In this document: positions 58,569 to 64,000 of the stretch, piece by piece
Position numbering within the stretch: position 1 is the stretch's first letter
Layout: every line of letters starts with the position of its first letter
Assembly: GCA_008690995.1 (NCBI GenBank)
Contig: VRMN01000010.1
Coordinates: 682,001 to 746,000, forward strand
Direction: 5' to 3'
Origin: Porphyridium purpureum
Taxonomy: Eukaryota
DNA: 64,000 nt
Translations under genes and position numbers: made by a program
Notes under the pieces: generated by a model
What the model was told of the DNA's origin: nothing
Databases searched by the model: none
What the model saw: only the letters and a program-made list of their open reading frames with translations

Positions 58569-61500
58569 TGTTATGAATCCAGGGTTTCGGTAGATTCCCT
58601 CCCCAGGTAAAGTAGTAATACCATGGGGAATGTTTCAGCTCCAACTTTCTGTATTTCTCCAACTTTCTGTATTTCTCCAACTTATAGTAAATAAGGGTTT
58701 TTGCCCTGGAGGTACAGTTGGCAATCTCACTAGTGAAAGCACTACGATTGCCTATATGAAGAGCTTAGCGATGGCCGAGGCTCGGAGTCCCCGGATGACG
58801 AAGGTAAGGTTAGTTGCAAGGGCGACGAAGGGGACACGCAACTGCGTTAGTGACAAGTCACAAAGACTCCCCGATACATCAGACCTTTTAATAGGTTATG
58901 AGCCTAGACGCGATGGCGTTTACGTTTGATGCGTCGAAGCTGTCCGCGCTTGCGAACGGCGTGGAAAAGTTCAATGGCGAGAATTACGACATTTGGGCAC
59001 GCCGCACGAAGCTCGCGTTGCGTGTGGTGAAGCTGTGGCCCGTCGTTGCGGGGATGGTCGTTCGCCCATCGTCGTCGTCGCGTGCAACTACCGGGATGAC
59101 GGCAGAAGAGTGGGACGATGCGGACCTGGCGGGACAGTTCTTTCTGTCCGGGGTCTTGGAGAACAGGTACGACCGTCTCGTCCGCGATAAGTCGTCGGCG
59201 GACGGTTGGTCCGCGGTGGCGAATTATGCGCACGATCAACTGTCGGCGCAGAAGTTCGCGTTTCGCATGGCGCTGGAGCGCATTGTCCAGAACAAGAACG
59301 AGGCAATGGCCGAGTACTTGGATCGCGGAATCGGTCTGTGGGACAAGCTTGTCTCGATCGGTGAGCAAGTTCCCGAGGACCATGTCGTGCGTTATCTGGT
59401 GATCGGGCTCCGCAAGGAGTTTCAGGGGTCGAAGGACTACCTGCTGCATTCGGCGCCCACGGTCTCCGCAGCTCGGCTGCAACTGCTCCAGCTGGAGGCC
59501 GGAAAAGCGCTCGAGCGCACGTTGGCAGATGAGCCCCCGCCCATCGCAATGGCGGTGTCCCAGCGTCCGCAGCAACAGCAGCGTGATCGCTCAGCGGGTG
59601 TCGTGAAGACGGCACTCGTCAAGGAGAACCTGAAGTGTGGCTACTGCCACAAGGTTGGGCACGAGACGAAGCGTTGCTTTAAGCGCAAGAATGACTTGCG
59701 CGACAAGGCTGCTGGTGCGAGTGGCGCAGCAGACCCGGAGGCAGTGAAACGCGGCATCGGAAAGCCGAATGCGCGGGTGAATGTGGTTCAGGTAAAAACC
59801 AAGGTGACGAAACCACCGGCTCCGGCGGCAAAGGCAGCCATTGAGCCAGGTTGGATGTCGTGGGAGGCCTACGCGAATAGCGTTGCGGGAAGGGGCGTGG
59901 TGCCAAAAGGCCCTTCTCTGGATATCCGCATGATTAGCCCCCCAGCGACCCCTGCACCAATCAATAAAGCCACCACTTCCATCTATGCCATCTGTGTCTC
60001 TGTTGTGCCCCACAAGCACAAGTCGCACAAATGGATGTTCGATTCTGGATCGGACAGACATATCACTTGGGATAGGTCTATTCTAATGAATGAAAGACCT
60101 TCTGATGAATCACTTGTTACTGTTGCCAACGGGGAACATGTTGAAGTTTCATTGATGGGTGATGTCATGCTCAAAACAATTATTCAAGACAAGTTTAATG
60201 ACTTGCGTCTTGAAAATGTTTTGTTGATCGAAAGCACACCCATAAATCTCCTTTCGACAAAGGTCGCAGCGAGAAAGGGCTGTGTCTTCAAACACGATGA
60301 TAGTTCATCTGTTTTGCATTTTGGGTCAGATGGGCCCGTCCTAGCGGTTGGGGATGGTGATTTAATGATCAAACTATCCGCCGCTAGAATAAATGCAATC
60401 ACAGCTTCAAATAAGTTTGAGCTATTTCACCGTCGACTTGGTCATCCTGGACTTGCTGGTCTGAAAAATACGCAAAATTGTGTACAGGGAATTCCCGCGG
60501 ACTTAAAAGTTCCGGATGAATACCATTGTGTGATTTGCCAAAAGGCAAAGGGAACACGAACTCCCTTTAAGAAGCGGAAATTGAATTCCATTTCGGCGGT
60601 TCCGGGAGAAGTCCTTCATACTGATGTATGCGGACCACTCACTCCTTCGAGTTTTGACGACCATCGATATTTTCTAGTTGTCGTCGACGAATGCTCAAGT
60701 TTGAGTGTCGTCCACTTGCTCGAGCGAAAAAGTGAAGCGGGTGAAATGTTACTGCGCACACTTAAATATCTCGAAACGACTCTTGGTGCAAAGGCAAAAA
60801 GAGTTCGGTCCGACAAAGGTGGCGAATTCGCAAGCCTTTATGTGCAAAGGCATCTCCAAGACTCTGGAATTACTTGGGAAAATACCTCTGCTTACACGCC
60901 AGAACTTAATGGTATGGCTGAACGCATGAATCGGACATTACTCGAAAAGGTTCGAAGCTTATTGTTTGATAGTAATCTACCTTTGGAAAATTGGAGTAAT
61001 GCTTTGTTGACTGCGAATTATTTGCGAAATCGCATTTCAAATAATCGCGGGAAAACGCCGATAGAAATTGCATTCAGGCAAAGGCCAGATCTCAGCAATC
61101 TCAGAATCTACGGATCGAGAGCGTTTGTTCATATTCCTAAGCAATTGCGAGGAAAACTAGAAACAAGATCTGCAATTGGATGCTTGGTCGGTTATGGAAA
61201 TGTCCATTCCGTTTATCGCATTCTTCTATCGGATGGCACGGTCGTTGAAAGTCGAAATGTCACTTTCGATGAGTCTGTCGTTGGAATAGATGTTCATGAA
61301 CATGAAATCCACGATTCGGAATATTTTTCCAACTTCGATAAAATTGTCGAAGAGTTGTTTCCAAAAGATTTCTCGAAGTCGTTTGATGAAAAGTCTCAAA
61401 TCGCGTCAAAAAATTTTGAAACAGATTCCACTCGACAAATGGATGATCGCAGTCAGGAATATTCTATTTCAAATGAAATCGGAGAAACGTTTCTGGAAAA

Positions 61501-62666
61501 AGTTCAGAATAATTCGAAAGATTTAGGGTTCCAAAAGGCTCCAAATGGAAACTTTGGGAATACTGAGGATGACGAAAGTCAAGACAGTGGATATGTCGCA
61601 AATCAATTCGTTGGAATAATTTCCACCGTTTCTGAACCTCGGTCAGTCGAAGAAGCACTAAAGGGTAACTTCTCTGAGCAATGGCTGGAAGCTCTGAATA
61701 GAGAATTGGAATCTCTCACTGGCAAATGCACGTGGGAGCTCGTCGATCGTCCACAGGACCGAATTCCTGTCAGATGCAAATGGGTTTTTAAGATCAAATA
61801 TAATGTCAACGGACAAATTGATCGGTTCAAGTGTCGACTTGTCGCAAAAGGTTTCACTCAGAAACCTGGTTTGGACTACGACGAAGTGTTCAGCCCTGTT
61901 GTGCGACACAACACTATTCGAACGGTCCTGGCAGTAGCAGCTGCAAGAAAGTTGAAAATTCGACTTTTCGATGTGGTGACTGCGTTTCTCAATGGAGAAC
62001 TTCATGAAGAAATTTTCATGGAACAGCCTCCTGGATTCGTACATGAAGGAGGAAAAGTCCTGAAACTGCGTAAAGCAATCTATGGATTGAAGCAGGCATC
62101 TCGAGCTTGGAATCAAGTTCTTGTGCAAGCACTTAAAGAAATCAATTTTTCCGAAAGTACGGCAGATCCTTGTCTGTTTTCTAAGGGTCCAAATGGTCCG
62201 TATATCATGATTTACGTCGATGACTTGGTCTTCATAGGTGAAGACGAAGTTACTTCAAATGAAGTGCTTCTGCATTTGCAAGGCAAGTTTGAAGTCAGGG
62301 ATCTTGGGCAAGTGGTCAAGCAAAAATTTGCCGGCTACACTCTTGATTATGATCAAAGGAATGGCATTATCAGACTTAATCAAAGCTTGTATGTCCAAAC
62401 CATCCTGGAAAGGTTCGGAATGGAATCGGCGAATCCAAGGAAGCTTCCCATGGAAAAGGATACGAAGTGGTATACTGCTACTGCAGAACCATGCAAGATG
62501 CCTTACATGGAACTCGTGGGAGCACTAATGTATTTGTGCACTTGCACGCGTCCGGATATTTCCTTCGCCGTGGGAGTGCTTGCACGATCAATGGCAAATG
62601 CCAATGAATCCCATTGGAATGCGGCAAAGGGAGTGCTGCGATATCTTAAAGGAACCATAAATTATG
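58569..62666 (+). mobile_element. Ty1/copia retrotransposon copy A (5' LTR 58569-58893, PBS 58894-58907), interrupted at 62666
   Basis: LTR TGTTATGAAT...CTTTTAATA, PBS GGTTATGAGCCTAG, continuous gag-pol up to the insertion point. Confidence 0.96.
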
Positions 62667-62713
62667 TATTAAAAGGTCTGATGTATCGGGGAGTCTTTGT
62701 GACTTGTCACTAA
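58913..62713 (+). CDS. Copia Gag-Pol polyprotein (gag, protease, integrase, RT), truncated before RNase H
   Basis: CGYCHKVGHETKRC; WMFDSGSDRH; FHRRLGH...CVIC; HTDVCGP, RSDKGGEF, NGMAERMNRT; KCRLVAKGF, DVVTAFL, YGLKQA, YVDD. The last 15 aa are read from the inserted LTR. Confidence 0.95.
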   Translation: MAFTFDASKLSALANGVEKFNGENYDIWARRTKLALRVVKLWPVVAGMVVRPSSSSRATTGMTAEEWDDADLAGQFFLSGVLENRYDRLVRDKSSADGWSAVANYAHDQLSAQKFAFRMALERIVQNKNEAMAEYLDRGIGLWDKLVSIGEQVPEDHVVRYLVIGLRKEFQGSKDYLLHSAPTVSAARLQLLQLEAGKALERTLADEPPPIAMAVSQRPQQQQRDRSAGVVKTALVKENLKCGYCHKVGHETKRCFKRKNDLRDKAAGASGAADPEAVKRGIGKPNARVNVVQVKTKVTKPPAPAAKAAIEPGWMSWEAYANSVAGRGVVPKGPSLDIRMISPPATPAPINKATTSIYAICVSVVPHKHKSHKWMFDSGSDRHITWDRSILMNERPSDESLVTVANGEHVEVSLMGDVMLKTIIQDKFNDLRLENVLLIESTPINLLSTKVAARKGCVFKHDDSSSVLHFGSDGPVLAVGDGDLMIKLSAARINAITASNKFELFHRRLGHPGLAGLKNTQNCVQGIPADLKVPDEYHCVICQKAKGTRTPFKKRKLNSISAVPGEVLHTDVCGPLTPSSFDDHRYFLVVVDECSSLSVVHLLERKSEAGEMLLRTLKYLETTLGAKAKRVRSDKGGEFASLYVQRHLQDSGITWENTSAYTPELNGMAERMNRTLLEKVRSLLFDSNLPLENWSNALLTANYLRNRISNNRGKTPIEIAFRQRPDLSNLRIYGSRAFVHIPKQLRGKLETRSAIGCLVGYGNVHSVYRILLSDGTVVESRNVTFDESVVGIDVHEHEIHDSEYFSNFDKIVEELFPKDFSKSFDEKSQIASKNFETDSTRQMDDRSQEYSISNEIGETFLEKVQNNSKDLGFQKAPNGNFGNTEDDESQDSGYVANQFVGIISTVSEPRSVEEALKGNFSEQWLEALNRELESLTGKCTWELVDRPQDRIPVRCKWVFKIKYNVNGQIDRFKCRLVAKGFTQKPGLDYDEVFSPVVRHNTIRTVLAVAAARKLKIRLFDVVTAFLNGELHEEIFMEQPPGFVHEGGKVLKLRKAIYGLKQASRAWNQVLVQALKEINFSESTADPCLFSKGPNGPYIMIYVDDLVFIGEDEVTSNEVLLHLQGKFEVRDLGQVVKQKFAGYTLDYDQRNGIIRLNQSLYVQTILERFGMESANPRKLPMEKDTKWYTATAEPCKMPYMELVGALMYLCTCTRPDISFAVGVLARSMANANESHWNAAKGVLRYLKGTINYVLKGLMYRGVFVTCH

Positions 62714-64000
62714 CGCAGTTGCGTGTCCCCTTCGTCGCCCTTGCAACTAACCTTACCTTCGTCATCCGGGGACTCCGAGCCTCGGCCATCGCTAAGCTCT
62801 TCATATAGGCAATCGTAGTGCTTTCACTAGTGAGATTGCCAACTGTACCTCCAGGGCAAAAACCCTTATTTACTATAAGTTGGAGAAATACAGAAAGTTG
62901 GAGAAATACAGAAAGTTGGAGCTGAAACATTCCCCATGGTATTACTACTTTACCTGGGGAGGGAATCTACCGAAACCCTGGATTCATAACACTCCCACGC
63001 AGCGACAACTTTTCGTCATGCCTTCCACCTCTATCTCGAATTTTCAAGACAAGCAACACCCAATAAGGTTTTGCATTTCAAAAACATTTCTCGAGGAACC
63101 ACTTTGGTTAGGAAATCTGCTGCCTGATCTGATGTGCGAATGTAAATAGCCTTGACTATTCCCCGTTGCTGACATTCGCGAGCATAGTGCTTTCTCACGT
63201 CAATGTGCTTCGACCTTTCGTGCACAATCGGGTTCTCACTCAGTTTCAGTGCAGCATCATTGTCACAAAACATTGGAATCGATTTCGACTTGAATCCTAG
63301 GAATTCCATGAGATATTGAAACCACTGGGCTTCTTTACATGCATCCGAGAGAGCCATGTACTCTGCTTCGGTTGTGGACAGCGCCACAGTTGGTTGTAGC
63401 CTGGATTTCCAGGAGACAACTGATCCATTGATCGTGAAAGCATATCCGGTGGTTGACCTTCGCGTTCGAAGATCACTAGCATAGTCTGAATCAACGTAAC
63501 CAATTAGGTCGGAGTTGCCATTTGAGCTAAATTGGAGACCATAATTTATGGTTCCTTTAAGATATCGCAGCACTCCCTTTGCCGCATTCCAATGGGATTC
63601 ATTGGCATTTGCCATTGATCGTGCAAGCACTCCCACGGCGAAGGAAATATCCGGACGCGTGCAAGTGCACAAATACATTAGTGCTCCCACGAGTTCCATG
63701 TAAGGCATCTTGCATGGTTCTGCAGTAGCAGTATACCACTTCGTATCCTTTTCCATGGGAAGCTTCCTTGGATTCGCCGATTCCATTCCGAACCTTTCCA
63801 GGATGGTTTGGACATACAAGCTTTGATTAAGTCTGATAATGCCATTCCTTTGATCATAATCAAGAGTGTAGCCGGCAAATTTTTGCTTGACCACTTGCCC
63901 AAGATCCCTGACTTCAAACTTGCCTTGCAAATGCAGAAGCACTTCATTTGAAGTAACTTCGTCTTCACCTATGAAGACCAAGTCATCGACGTAAATCATG
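62667..64000 (-). mobile_element. Ty1/copia copy B (3' end), inserted in reverse; 3' LTR 62667-62991
   Basis: 325-bp LTR is the reverse complement of 58569-58893, preceded by a GTGGGAG purine tract; RT identical to copy A. Confidence 0.96.
63031..63999 (-). CDS. Copia Pol C-terminus (RT end and RNase H), partial
   Basis: YVDD, TRPDISF, GYVDSDYA, RRSTTGY, VALSTTEAEY, CDNDAA, RSKHIDVR, ADFLTK. Confidence 0.95.
   Translation of the reverse strand: MIYVDDLVFIGEDEVTSNEVLLHLQGKFEVRDLGQVVKQKFAGYTLDYDQRNGIIRLNQSLYVQTILERFGMESANPRKLPMEKDTKWYTATAEPCKMPYMELVGALMYLCTCTRPDISFAVGVLARSMANANESHWNAAKGVLRYLKGTINYGLQFSSNGNSDLIGYVDSDYASDLRTRRSTTGYAFTINGSVVSWKSRLQPTVALSTTEAEYMALSDACKEAQWFQYLMEFLGFKSKSIPMFCDNDAALKLSENPIVHERSKHIDVRKHYARECQQRGIVKAIYIRTSDQAADFLTKVVPREMFLKCKTLLGVACLENSR

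Noticed and set aside
58630..58929. 99-aa ORF (and its 94-aa mirror at 62646-62930)
   Set aside because: Lies within the LTR; its repeated peptide just reflects the 18-bp duplication.

Overview
Eukaryotic genomic window. The intron-free, densely packed genes, cyanobacterial-type Deg protease and 'AFV'-type plastid transit peptides suggest a unicellular red alga such as Porphyridium (inference). There are three zones. (1) 1-16 kb is a graveyard of decayed, nested transposons: several Ty1/copia remnants, a solo LTR carrying two perfect heat-shock elements, a Tc1/mariner transposase, and an LTR element with gypsy-type gag/protease plus a -1 frameshift signal joined directly to a copia-type integrase. 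(2) 16-56 kb is an island of about 18 single-exon genes: sulfotransferase, chorein-N protein, amino-acid transporter, OGFOD1/Tpa1, SUMO, DegP, CDC5, an alpha-only TFIIA large subunit, LRR protein, GH98-like glycosidase, HAD-phosphatase/GPDH fusion, DCC1, PEX16, PPR, uS5m and hypotheticals. It also holds a hidden copine pseudogene, and most promoters contain clustered GTACAG motifs. (3) 57.5-64 kb holds three insertions of one young copia family with TG...TA LTR ends and a half-tRNA-Met PBS, one copy nested in reverse inside another. No rRNA, tRNA or CRISPR was recognised. Start codons were chosen by eye and family calls come from motif recognition, not database searches.
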